This document shows, piece by piece, positions 45,604 through 54,970 of a stretch of 64,000 bases of DNA (positions are counted from its first letter, which is position 1; every line of letters starts with the position of its first letter). The notes under the pieces were generated by a model. The model saw nothing but the letters and a program-made list of their open reading frames with translations. It made no database searches and had not been told where the DNA came from. The stretch is from positions 23,581-87,580 of the IMG/VR virus record IMGVR_UViG_3300023174_000117, one strand, 5' to 3'. Both the position numbers and the translations under genes were made by a program. Origin of the DNA: a virus.

Positions 45604-46608
45604 TCACCATAGTTTTAAGGTTGACTTCACAATGCAGAGGGCGACACTATATGGATCGCAATTACTTGCAGGTCTGCGATCTTCTACATAGCCCTTCCAC
45701 TCCTTGCCTGTATCAATTGGTACGCGAATTGAAGATCCACGATCGGAGACACCCCAAGAAAATTTGTCGATCGACTGTGTTTCATGCCGACCCGTCAATC
45801 TTGCTTCATTACCCTTTCCATAATTCTGAATGTGATCCCAATGATGATCTGAGAATGATTGAAATATTCCCTCGAAATATTCCTGACCACCAACATCTCT
45901 CATTTGAGTTGTACTGAAATTCGTATGGCAGCCAGAGCCGTTCCAATCTCCCCTAATTGGCTTTGGTGAAATGTCGATATCAAGACCTTCCCTCTCAGCC
46001 ATGAGGTATAGCATATATCGACTAATCCAAAGATCATCGCAGGCTTTTAGGGTGTCCTTTGCAAAACATTGGTATTCCCACTGCCCTGGCGCAACCTCAG
46101 CATTAATGCCGGTAAGCTGAATTCCCATAAACAAACAGAGATCTAAATGCTCTTCTACAAGCGGCCTTGCTTTAATCTGGTTTCCTCCTACACCACAATA
46201 ATAAAGGCCCTGAGGGCGGGGATAACCACCATCTGGAAAGCCAACTGGTGTAAAATTTCTTGTTATGAAATATTCCTGCTCAAAACCCCACCAGAAGCCG
46301 GAAGAATCCATATGATCCTGGAGTTCTCTCAATTTGCTACGAGTATTTGTTACATGAGGAGTTCCGTCCGGATTGAATACCTCACACAGGACTATTGTTT
46401 TTGACTCACTAAATTTATAGATTCTAACTGGTTTCAAGATACAATCAGACTTTCTTCCTGTAGCTTGCTCAGTGGATGAACCGTCAAAATTCCAATCCTT
46501 AACAAACTTTAGGAAATGTGGGGGCTCATCAACAACTTTAATCTTACTTCTCAAATTCTGTGTCTCATATCCATCTAACCAAACATACTCTAACTTATGT
46601 GACATCAT
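45604..46608 (-). CDS. glnII: Glutamine synthetase type II
   Basis: EYVWLDG, LRSK, WNFDGSST.QA, GFEQEY, GINAEVAPGQWEYQ, GDWNGSGCHTNFST, RLTG.HET, DRG.SIRVP, GY.EDRRP.SN.DPY. Confidence 0.95.
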   Translation of the reverse strand: MMSHKLEYVWLDGYETQNLRSKIKVVDEPPHFLKFVKDWNFDGSSTEQATGRKSDCILKPVRIYKFSESKTIVLCEVFNPDGTPHVTNTRSKLRELQDHMDSSGFWWGFEQEYFITRNFTPVGFPDGGYPRPQGLYYCGVGGNQIKARPLVEEHLDLCLFMGIQLTGINAEVAPGQWEYQCFAKDTLKACDDLWISRYMLYLMAEREGLDIDISPKPIRGDWNGSGCHTNFSTTQMRDVGGQEYFEGIFQSFSDHHWDHIQNYGKGNEARLTGRHETQSIDKFSWGVSDRGSSIRVPIDTGKEWKGYVEDRRPASNCDPYSVALCIVKSTLKLW

Positions 46609-47729
46609 TACTCCTTTATTCCGAAAATTTCTATCAACTCAGATAGTGAAAGGCTTTTTTGCCCCAGATACTCATCTACCTTGCAGATTGCCTTAAAAGG
46701 TATCCCATCCTTAAATTTTGTTCCGTATTTTTCGTAATCATCCATCCACAGTGTAATTTCGGATGTATCGCCGGAAAGATCTTCTATGAGATATTTGGCA
46801 AACTTTCTGCCTAAATTTTTACCTTGTTTTACTTTAAATTCTTTGACTTTTGTTTTTATAATTGCCTCAACTCTTATTTTAACCCCCGGCTTATAAGAAC
46901 CTAAATCTTTAAGCTTGAAGGTGCTCCCCATATTCCTGAAGAATCCGGCAAAGATTTCGTGAGAATTTCCGGAAATCGTTCTACCCAGAACCTCCCTTTC
47001 GTTATAAAGTAATTCCTTTCTATCCCACTCTTCGATGGGAGGTGGGAAATCTGTTTCGGAGATAAGTTTTCCTTTTTTCAAACCATTCTTTATTTTTGTT
47101 CTAAAGTCATCGAAATTCTCAAAAATGTCCTTTCTCGTCCTCCCGAAAGAATCAAGGGCGCCAGCTCTTGCCATAGATTGAATTGATGACTTTCCGATAA
47201 AAGGAATATTTTCAATCTTATTCTCTTTTGTTGCTGGCTTTCCAAGTTTTAAGAAATCATAACAGCCAAGCTCCTCTCCATCTACATGAACAAGGATTCC
47301 TTTGCAAATAAAGTCGGAAAAACTATTGAACGGTTGATATTTTATAATCTCAGAAATTGCTGCGGGACCCAAGCCTTTTATCGCCGAAAGTCCGGTTGCA
47401 ATCGTTTTCTCCCCAACGACTCTATAGTTATCACCGCTCTTATTTACGTCGGGAGGGATAATTTCTATACCAAGCCTCTTACATTCGTTAAGATATTCCT
47501 GAACTTTATCACTATTCGGATCTTCTCCATTTAGAAGTGCGCACATGAATTGTGATGGATAATGACACTTCAGCCAAGCAGTTTGAACAGAAATAATAGA
47601 ATAAGAGATTGCATGAGAGTTTGATGTGAGAATGCCATTTGATAGATAATACTGATGGTCTGGATGATCGACTTCCAGATCATACGTATCGAACTCACCA
47701 ACCTCTTCGCATGAAACTATTTTTGCCAT
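46608..47729 (-). CDS. dnaE: DNA polymerase III alpha, C-terminal fragment with C-intein
   Basis: 37-aa C-intein followed by SHAISYS..S.QTAWLK.HYP..F..ALL, PPDVNKS, GL.AIKGLG, E.EVLG..ISG and an OB fold. Confidence 0.95.
   Translation of the reverse strand: MAKIVSCEEVGEFDTYDLEVDHPDHQYYLSNGILTSNSHAISYSIISVQTAWLKCHYPSQFMCALLNGEDPNSDKVQEYLNECKRLGIEIIPPDVNKSGDNYRVVGEKTIATGLSAIKGLGPAAISEIIKYQPFNSFSDFICKGILVHVDGEELGCYDFLKLGKPATKENKIENIPFIGKSSIQSMARAGALDSFGRTRKDIFENFDDFRTKIKNGLKKGKLISETDFPPPIEEWDRKELLYNEREVLGRTISGNSHEIFAGFFRNMGSTFKLKDLGSYKPGVKIRVEAIIKTKVKEFKVKQGKNLGRKFAKYLIEDLSGDTSEITLWMDDYEKYGTKFKDGIPFKAICKVDEYLGQKSLSLSELIEIFGIKE
47619..47729 (-). mobile_element. Split intein C-half (37 aa)
   Basis: MAKIVSCEEVGEFDTYDLEVDHPDHQYYLSNGILTSN followed by Ser+1. 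Confidence 0.9.
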
Positions 47730-47734
47730 TTAAT

Positions 47735-48874
47735 TTAAACTCCGTAAATCTTTAAAATTTCTTGTTCTGTTTTGGCAAAAGTATACTCTTGACCATTCCA
47801 ACTCTTGCCTATAAAATGGACGCCGGGTGTTGGTGATGTTATTATTTCCCTTGCCTTGTTTAGTGCAAATTGGTTGAATCCACCACCCGATTTGTACGAA
47901 TAAATATCAGAAGACACTCTAATTAGAGTTATTGAATTTCTGATGCAATATTTTGAAAAAAAAGAATCCTTCAATTTAATCTTAGTTAAGGTCCCTTTCC
48001 ACACTTCTTTAAAATGAAGAAATCCATCATATTCTATATATATTTTTTTTGAATCAGAAATTATATCGATTTGTTTGTTTCCGGTCTTATTGAATGAAAA
48101 GAAGGAGTTGTCTTTTTTGAATTTATTATTAACGAAATTATGATCTGGAAAATAGGATGATATAATTCGATACAACTCTTTTTCTGGCCTAGATTTATAC
48201 TTATGCATATTCGATGTACATTTAATATAGAAATCTTGCCTATTGCCATCTCTCCATTTCTTTAAGGTAAAAGCTCTCTTCTCTTGAATGTCTTTTCTCG
48301 CAGAAGTCTTCTTCGCAGTTTCGCTTGCTTTCTTTCTAAACGCCTCAGTCTTATTTAGAGAACCCAGCATGTCTGCCCTTCTCTTTCTTTCTTCTGGGGA
48401 ATTTAGTATTGATTCTCTGACACCCGCAGAGACTTTCTTCCAATACTCGGTTAGGTCTTCACCTCGTTCTTTTGCTTTAACAATCCAATTGCCATTCTCT
48501 TCCGCTGCCTTGGAATATTTATCTCTTGACCCCGGAGCAAGAACAGGTCCATGGACTTTGATATATTCTTTTTTATCAATACCATGAACCTTTCTAACAT
48601 GAAGTGCGAGAGATGAGCCGACTTCATCACAGAGAGCGCACTTTACAAGTTCGCCTTGCTCTAGGCCAAGCCTAATTCTCTCTTTTTCTTCTGCGACCAT
48701 AATCTCGCATTTAGATTTGTGAAATGAAAGAGATCTGACGGAGTAGCAAACCTCTCCACATTTGCATGTTCTTTGCTCTATTGGTTCGTTACGATCTCTA
48801 GGTTTTCTTTTAGAATCTGGTGAAGAGGCAGCATTCTCCCGTCCATCGTTCTGAACTTGTGATTTATCGTGCAT
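47735..48874 (-). CDS. Free-standing homing endonuclease (Zn fingers + NUMOD-like repeats + Vsr/DUF559-like nuclease)
   Basis: CKCG..C...H...C and C.LC......H....H fingers; basic repeats; S.PE..L, IDI......IYIEYDG..HF, KD, LIRV; lies between the intein halves. Confidence 0.75.
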   Translation of the reverse strand: MHDKSQVQNDGRENAASSPDSKRKPRDRNEPIEQRTCKCGEVCYSVRSLSFHKSKCEIMVAEEKERIRLGLEQGELVKCALCDEVGSSLALHVRKVHGIDKKEYIKVHGPVLAPGSRDKYSKAAEENGNWIVKAKERGEDLTEYWKKVSAGVRESILNSPEERKRRADMLGSLNKTEAFRKKASETAKKTSARKDIQEKRAFTLKKWRDGNRQDFYIKCTSNMHKYKSRPEKELYRIISSYFPDHNFVNNKFKKDNSFFSFNKTGNKQIDIISDSKKIYIEYDGFLHFKEVWKGTLTKIKLKDSFFSKYCIRNSITLIRVSSDIYSYKSGGGFNQFALNKAREIITSPTPGVHFIGKSWNGQEYTFAKTEQEILKIYGV

Positions 48875-51435
48875 TCTACAGTTTCCCCGTCATCAAGTGT
48901 GATTTTGAATAGTTTGAGCTTGCCATGATAATGATTGTCCAAAACCTTTACGGATATGTTTTCGCCGGTAACTTCATCCCGAGATAGGACTGTGCTGCCA
49001 GGCTTGACGTTTTGGATCTCAATATCTTGCCAATCTCCACCCTCTGGAGGAATTATACGCACCTCTTGAGAAAAAATCAAGGATCGGTTGAAACCATATC
49101 CAGAAAATGAAGAGATCTCTTCATCCCATATTTTCTGACCTTCTTCATAAGACATGCCCCATGTTTCCATGCAACCTTTGATAAAGTTTGCCTCGGTTTT
49201 AAGTGCCAACTGAGGATCTTTTCCCTTTAGTTTAGTAAGCTTTCTCAGGTTATCGGCTTCGTTAAGATCCCATCCGGCACATTCCCTCGCGATACCCATC
49301 ATACTTTCTTCGTATAGCGAGATGCCGTAAGTATCCTTAAGAACAGGCTCTAGAGATTGATGGGTATAACGAACGCGATCTTGACCAAACCTTCTTCGGA
49401 TATAACTTTGACGCTGCTCTGATGGGCAGCTAGGACGACCTAAGGCGTTGATGGCGGCAATTGTCTCGACATCGCTTGGCTTAATTTTTACGCAAAGCGG
49501 CGATAAGGATGACTCCAGTTGGAATACCCCAATATTCTCTCCACGAGAAATCATCTTGTATGTTTCTGGATCATCAATCGAAATATCTGATATTTTAATA
49601 TCCTTGTTGTCGGTTGTCTCTCGAATATATTGCAAGCAGCTTTCGATAACATTGAGAGTATTTAGACCGAGAACATCCATCTTGACAAGTCCAAAATCCT
49701 CAACTCTGGTCTTCTCCCATTGAGTGACTGTGATAGACTCTCCTGTTTTTTCGTCCTCTTCAATTCTCAATGGAATAATTTCATATAGAGGTCTGTCTCC
49801 AATAATTACACCCGCAGCATGTACGGACCACTGACGAGTTAGATTTTGAAGCTTTGATGAATAATCCTTAACATCAGGATATTGATTCATAAATTTTGAG
49901 AATTCCTTGCTTCCATCGATTGCCTCTTCAATCGTATCAACATCAGGCATGATGGATGTAAGATGATTCGCTATTTCAAATGCTGACTTTTTATCTCCAC
50001 CAATCTCAAGACTTCTGGCGACATCTTTGAGAACGACCTTTGGAGACATCGTTGACCAGTTGCTGATTTGGGCGACATAATCTTTTCCATATTTTTCCTT
50101 GATATATGCCTTGACTCGATCTGGATTTGAGAAGTCACAGTCAATATCAGGAAAGGCTTTCTTCTCCCTATTGTGGAACCTTTCAAATAGCAAGTTGTAT
50201 TTGATTGGATCAACCGATGTGATAGAGATCAAGTTTGCAACTAGAGAACCGGCAGCACTTCCTCTTGCTGCTCCCACAGAAACACCATTTTGCTTCGCCC
50301 AATTTACATAATCAGCAACAATCAACATGTATGATGAGAAGTTTCTAAGCTCAAGGATGGAAAGCTCGTATTTTGTACGATTCCAATACTCCCTCTTTTT
50401 TTCCTCAGAAAAAGATTGAGTCATCTCTTGGAACCCTAGAACGCACTTATATCTGAGGTAAGCCTTATCCATCGGAAGCTCTTCACAATTTTCCTGCCAC
50501 CATTCACGAAACTGAAGAAAGTCTGGCTGGTTTTTCACAGGAAATTGTGGAAGTATTGCACCTTTGGTTTTGAGATAATGAGGTTCTTCGCAAGCGGCAG
50601 CAATCTTTAGAGAATTGTTCATAGCCATGATGCCAATCCTGCTTCCAAAAAAGCTTATGATTTCATCATGAGATTTTAGATACATTTCTTGGACGCCGTA
50701 GCGGAAACGATCTGGATCTGAGAGTGGCTTCTTATCCTTGATTGCAAGCATCATATCGTGATACTTTGCATGATCCTTATCTAGGTAATGGGCATCGCAA
50801 GTTGTAACAAAAGGAATATCATGCTTTCTGGATAGCGAGATTAGATTTTCGTTTAACTTTACCTGATCCACCTTTCCGTCATCTGTCTTTAGAGCGTGAG
50901 GCTGAATTTCTAAAAATAGTCTATCCTGAAAGATGGAGTGGAGCCTGAGAAGATTTGCTTCCGCAGAATCTATATTGTCAGAAACAATGTCTTTTGAGAG
51001 CAAACCATTAGAACAAGCGGTTAGACAAAAAATATCTGAATTGAATTTCTCGATATGCTCCCAAGAAATTCTGGGCGTCATTTTGCCCATATATCCTGAG
51101 GCTTGATTGTTATAAGCCTCGTAATTTAGGCGCAAAATATTCTTATATCCGGTTTCGTTCTTTGGAACCAAAACCATATGGGAAGACTTCTTTTCCTCTA
51201 GATTCGGAGAGAAGTAAGCTTCAATTCCTGGGATTAGTTTTACACCGGTTTTTTGAGAGGCACGATAGGCATCATAATGACTAACGGCGGTTCCATGCTC
51301 TGTGATTGCCAGGGCCGGGTGTTCCAATTCCTTAGCTCTATCAAAAAGCTTATTTACATCATTCAGCGCATCGAGGGCGGAACCTTGCTCGCTGTGATTA
51401 TGTAAAGATACGAAAGGTCCGTTAGGCATTACCAT
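48778..51435 (-). CDS. dnaE: DNA polymerase III alpha, N-terminal fragment with N-intein
   Basis: PHP domain (HNHS, TEHG, GIE, DAHY), RGSAAGSL, LFERF, PDIDCD, HAAGV, KMDVLGL, GVFQLES; ends GYGFNR + intein. Confidence 0.95.
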   Translation of the reverse strand: MVMPNGPFVSLHNHSEQGSALDALNDVNKLFDRAKELEHPALAITEHGTAVSHYDAYRASQKTGVKLIPGIEAYFSPNLEEKKSSHMVLVPKNETGYKNILRLNYEAYNNQASGYMGKMTPRISWEHIEKFNSDIFCLTACSNGLLSKDIVSDNIDSAEANLLRLHSIFQDRLFLEIQPHALKTDDGKVDQVKLNENLISLSRKHDIPFVTTCDAHYLDKDHAKYHDMMLAIKDKKPLSDPDRFRYGVQEMYLKSHDEIISFFGSRIGIMAMNNSLKIAAACEEPHYLKTKGAILPQFPVKNQPDFLQFREWWQENCEELPMDKAYLRYKCVLGFQEMTQSFSEEKKREYWNRTKYELSILELRNFSSYMLIVADYVNWAKQNGVSVGAARGSAAGSLVANLISITSVDPIKYNLLFERFHNREKKAFPDIDCDFSNPDRVKAYIKEKYGKDYVAQISNWSTMSPKVVLKDVARSLEIGGDKKSAFEIANHLTSIMPDVDTIEEAIDGSKEFSKFMNQYPDVKDYSSKLQNLTRQWSVHAAGVIIGDRPLYEIIPLRIEEDEKTGESITVTQWEKTRVEDFGLVKMDVLGLNTLNVIESCLQYIRETTDNKDIKISDISIDDPETYKMISRGENIGVFQLESSLSPLCVKIKPSDVETIAAINALGRPSCPSEQRQSYIRRRFGQDRVRYTHQSLEPVLKDTYGISLYEESMMGIARECAGWDLNEADNLRKLTKLKGKDPQLALKTEANFIKGCMETWGMSYEEGQKIWDEEISSFSGYGFNRSLIFSQEVRIIPPEGGDWQDIEIQNVKPGSTVLSRDEVTGENISVKVLDNHYHGKLKLFKITLDDGETVECTINHKFRTMDGRMLPLHQILKENLEIVTNQ
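48781..49083 (-). mobile_element. Split intein N-half (101 aa, Ser1)
   Basis: SLIFSQEV...IEIQNV..G..VLS.D...block B CTINHKF..., then a stop. Confidence 0.9.
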
Positions 51436-52729
51436 TCCTCATGTGTCTTGGTATGAATTTGTTGTCTTTATAATTACTATCATCTGAAAGATTTTTGATT
51501 ATCTTGGAGTACAGACTTACTATTTCATTTCTTTCGGATGATTTGATTCGCTTAGAAAGTGTGATAAGCCAGTCTTTTGGCAGCAAATTTTTTTTCATGG
51601 AGTTACATTGCCAACATGCAATGTCTAAGTTATTTCGATCGTTCGACCCGGATTCTTTTTTTCCTAAAACTGGAATTATGTGCTCTAAATGTAGTTTAGC
51701 CGTTCCGGATGGATGGTCCGGTATCTCGTCTTTATGCCTTTCGCAGTAACAACATGAATCGTACTCGTCCAGTAATTTTGAAAGAAATACTCTGTCTATT
51801 TTTCTTAAATGTTTATCTCTTCGGTTTTGAGAACTTGAGATTTGCGATAATTTTCCAGATTTCGTCCGAGTCCATTCTTTGTATCTTTTTTTAATCTTGT
51901 CTTTATTTTTTTCAGAATAAGCTAAGTCATACTCTGATTTTTTTAGCTTTAAAGCAAAATCAATCTTGTCAAAGCATATCTTGCAAAGAAGGCCGTCACG
52001 AAATTTATTTAGTAAAGCCTCAGGAATCTCAACTGAATATTTCTCACAGGCGCTGTTTTGACAATATCCCATACCTACTTCTGGTTTTTTTAAATTTCTT
52101 CTTGCCCAAAAAGGGTATGACCTGCCTGCAAATAGAGTTAGGTGTTTTGGTGACACACAGTTTATATTTCCACATGATGCAGATATGGAAAAGTATTTGG
52201 AAGTCACTTTTGAGTTAAAGAGTTCATAATATATTTTTTTTGAAGAAAATAAATTTTTTCCAATTTTCAATATCGCTTTTTTGGATGATGAATCGCCGTA
52301 AATCCAGCAGTCCCCTTTTGTGGTAATTCTATCTATAAGTATAGACCTAACTGCAATTATCTCTTTTTCAGATGGATTGGAAAAATTTATTTCGGAATCA
52401 AGACCATACTTAAACCAATATGGTTGAGAGTTTTTCTCGAAATAGAAGAAATGCTCTTTATTCATACATGATTTATTGCATCTGATGTGAATGTACTTTC
52501 CGGTGTTTGGAACAAGAACTCTTCTTATAGAATTGTAATAATCGCTATCTCTATCCTGGTCCGGCCACAACATACAACCAAGCTCATTTTTGATTGCAAC
52601 GCTGTTTATAACATTTTCTGCCTTAAACTTCTTCCAGCAAGAAAAACAAACTACGGATGGCTTCGCCCCTTCTTTTTTGATAAAGGAGCTTTCATCCTTG
52701 TTTTCATTACATTTTAAACATCTTATCAT
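51422..52729 (-). CDS. HNH homing endonuclease with additional degenerate His-Cys modules
   Basis: C-terminal CCYC...HLEHIIP...G.N...NL..ACWQCN..K; internal CWIY...CGN.NCVSP.HL. Confidence 0.8.
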   Translation of the reverse strand: MIRCLKCNENKDESSFIKKEGAKPSVVCFSCWKKFKAENVINSVAIKNELGCMLWPDQDRDSDYYNSIRRVLVPNTGKYIHIRCNKSCMNKEHFFYFEKNSQPYWFKYGLDSEINFSNPSEKEIIAVRSILIDRITTKGDCWIYGDSSSKKAILKIGKNLFSSKKIYYELFNSKVTSKYFSISASCGNINCVSPKHLTLFAGRSYPFWARRNLKKPEVGMGYCQNSACEKYSVEIPEALLNKFRDGLLCKICFDKIDFALKLKKSEYDLAYSEKNKDKIKKRYKEWTRTKSGKLSQISSSQNRRDKHLRKIDRVFLSKLLDEYDSCCYCERHKDEIPDHPSGTAKLHLEHIIPVLGKKESGSNDRNNLDIACWQCNSMKKNLLPKDWLITLSKRIKSSERNEIVSLYSKIIKNLSDDSNYKDNKFIPRHMRNGNA

Positions 52730-52805
52730 ACAAAGTATGTGCGTATATTACCATTTTTCTGAGCATTAATTCCAAAGTTTTAAAATCTTCTTATATCATA
52801 TGCAA

Positions 52806-52847
52806 TAAAAATTTGGCCGACAACAGATGCATCGGCCAACTTTTTTT
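52806..52847 (-). terminator. Rho-independent terminator (possibly bidirectional)
   Basis: TTGGCCGA/TCGGCCAA stem flanked by A/T runs. Confidence 0.7.
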
Positions 52848-52862
52848 AAAGGCTCTTTGCTA

Positions 52863-53135
52863 TCACTTCGTTTCTACAAGGTCTGCAATATGAGCGTAAA
52901 TTGATGCAGTTACCTCAGGATCGATATCCGATTTAACCATCTTGATGGCCTCCATAACCTCTTTCTTGGGAACGTTATGCTCATCGATAAAGTCAGAAAT
53001 AATCTTCTTCCTTTCGTCACGAAGCTCTTTGATTTGAGAATCTAGCTCTGACATTTGGCGAACCATCGAGCGAACATTCTCCATGGTATAATTACCGTTC
53101 TTTACTACTGGCTGGGCTACTGTCTGGTCACTCAT
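52863..53135 (-). CDS. Small helical dsDNA-binding protein (GapR/DUF2312- or T4 DsbA-like)
   Basis: Coiled coil ELDSQIKELRDERK followed by K.V..AIK.K; own terminator. Confidence 0.5.
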   Translation of the reverse strand: MSDQTVAQPVVKNGNYTMENVRSMVRQMSELDSQIKELRDERKKIISDFIDEHNVPKKEVMEAIKMVKSDIDPEVTASIYAHIADLVETK

Positions 53136-54177
53136 ATTTAACTCCGTTTATTATTTGTTTAAAGTCTAGTAGGAAATTCTGCCAATTTTCTCTTAACGAG
53201 TTGTCTTCCGTTCTTGATGACGGTGTGTATATTTTTGATTTTTCAATATCTATATCTAAACCTTTTTTCTCTGTTAAATTCCCATCAAGAATGTTCTGAT
53301 AAAACAGGTTACTCAGAATATTATATTTGGAGAGTAGGTCGCTATCCTCGGAAATTTCTTTCTTATCCTTAAGAATTATTGCCTTGTAATATTTTCCTTC
53401 GTAGAAGACATTTTTCAATGTATATGAGAAAATCTCTGAAAAATCGATACCGCTGATAACTATCTTCTTAAAGCAAACCCAAGAGGTTTCTCGTCCAAGA
53501 TGCTTTATGGGTAGTACTATACCCTTCGTCATTTTTCCATGGGAGATAATTTTTTGAAAACTAAAGTGAAAATCTTGCTCAGGATTAGAGGCTATGATAT
53601 TTGTTAGATTTTTTATTTTGTAAATCGGTTTCTTCTGTCGAGTTAATTCCGCTAAAATTTCACTTACGGATTCATCGTAAAATCCAAATACTTCATTCGG
53701 ATGGTGGGTTACGAACTCTGAGAAAATTTTATTTGATGAACTGACTTCACCCAAAAATTTTAACTTAGAGTCTATTGCTTGAAATAATTTTAAACTAGAT
53801 TCAACTAATACTAACCTTCTCATCTTGTCTTTGACGGTAACGCAGGATTTCTCTCCCTCAACTGAAATCTTCTGAAAGAGGCTTTTTCTATACCTTAGGA
53901 TTGCCTCCAATACTTGAAATTCTGCTGGTTCTGAATTTTCAAGATAAAGCTTTATAAAGTCTTTCTTGGAAGATCTGAAAAGCCTTACTGCCGTCATGGC
54001 ATCAGAGACGCTACTTATATTTAAAGAATTAAAGTCAATATCTTGAAAATAACGCTCTATATCAATCAGACGATTAATTGCAACATCAGAGAGGTTACTG
54101 CTTCTCAATAGTGATTCGACTCTAAGTTTCGAAACTTCAATTTCAGAGTCTATGTATTTCTTTACATCTTGACGCAT
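53128..54177 (-). CDS. Hypothetical protein
   Basis: 349-aa ORF in the operon. Confidence 0.6.
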   Translation of the reverse strand: MRQDVKKYIDSEIEVSKLRVESLLRSSNLSDVAINRLIDIERYFQDIDFNSLNISSVSDAMTAVRLFRSSKKDFIKLYLENSEPAEFQVLEAILRYRKSLFQKISVEGEKSCVTVKDKMRRLVLVESSLKLFQAIDSKLKFLGEVSSSNKIFSEFVTHHPNEVFGFYDESVSEILAELTRQKKPIYKIKNLTNIIASNPEQDFHFSFQKIISHGKMTKGIVLPIKHLGRETSWVCFKKIVISGIDFSEIFSYTLKNVFYEGKYYKAIILKDKKEISEDSDLLSKYNILSNLFYQNILDGNLTEKKGLDIDIEKSKIYTPSSRTEDNSLRENWQNFLLDFKQIINGVKYE

Positions 54178-54180
54178 GAC

Positions 54181-54957
54181 CTACTTTGTTAGAAGTTCCC
54201 TAATCTTCTTGTTTTTAGAAAGATTCTTCAGCCTTACATTTGCTGCCCAGCTCGTCATACCAATCTTATCGGCGGCATCTTTAATGGAATAATCTTCAAA
54301 ACAAACCAGTTGGATTAGCTTTCTTGTCTTATCATCCATATCTGCACATACGTCCGCAAGTGCTCCGCTCATCTCAATCAGTTCTTCGGGAGAGGTTGAT
54401 TGCGCAAAAATAGAGTTATCTCGTGGCACCGAATCGATGAAAGAAATCTTTCCCTCATCTCCACGATCTATTCTCTCATCCATCACGGAAAATGGTATTT
54501 CTGTTTTTGCATTCTTAAGCTTCTTGGTGTAAAGCTTATCGCACGAAACACACCTTCTCCTTTCCTCCCCAGATTTAGTTTCAACCATGAAGATGGTACT
54601 TCCGCAATTACATGTATCTGGTAGGGAGGCATTCTCAATTGAAGAGGAGGCATTATTTGAAAGTTTATTCTTGCTTCTAATCTTTGAAACAATCTTGTTG
54701 TGAAGATGGATGTGCAAAAAAGTGCTAAGCTTTACATTCTTAGTTCCATCGTAAGACCTAATTCCCTCTATGGCCAAGATAGCCAACTCTTGCTTTAGGT
54801 CTTCTGTTGAATAGCCGGGGATATAAATGGACCGTGACATCTTATGAAGAAGTGGGTCAATCTTCTTCAAAACACTATCTAAACCAGTACCCGTAGAGGA
54901 ATCAACGAAAATATCTTCGTTATAAACTTTGGCCTGCCCAGAAAACATTTTTCCCAT
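54181..54957 (-). CDS. Phage sigma-70-family factor with inserted Zn ribbon
   Basis: Region 2 EDLKQE..I..IE.I.SYD......STF; CNCG...CVSC insert; region 4 HTH YSIKDAADKIG. Confidence 0.8.
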   Translation of the reverse strand: MGKMFSGQAKVYNEDIFVDSSTGTGLDSVLKKIDPLLHKMSRSIYIPGYSTEDLKQELAILAIEGIRSYDGTKNVKLSTFLHIHLHNKIVSKIRSKNKLSNNASSSIENASLPDTCNCGSTIFMVETKSGEERRRCVSCDKLYTKKLKNAKTEIPFSVMDERIDRGDEGKISFIDSVPRDNSIFAQSTSPEELIEMSGALADVCADMDDKTRKLIQLVCFEDYSIKDAADKIGMTSWAANVRLKNLSKNKKIRELLTK

Positions 54958-54970
54958 AAAGTCTCCATAT

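Noticed and set aside
46608-51435. dnaE as a pseudogene broken by an insertion
   Set aside because: Both halves keep their catalytic and PHP residues and carry complementary intein halves
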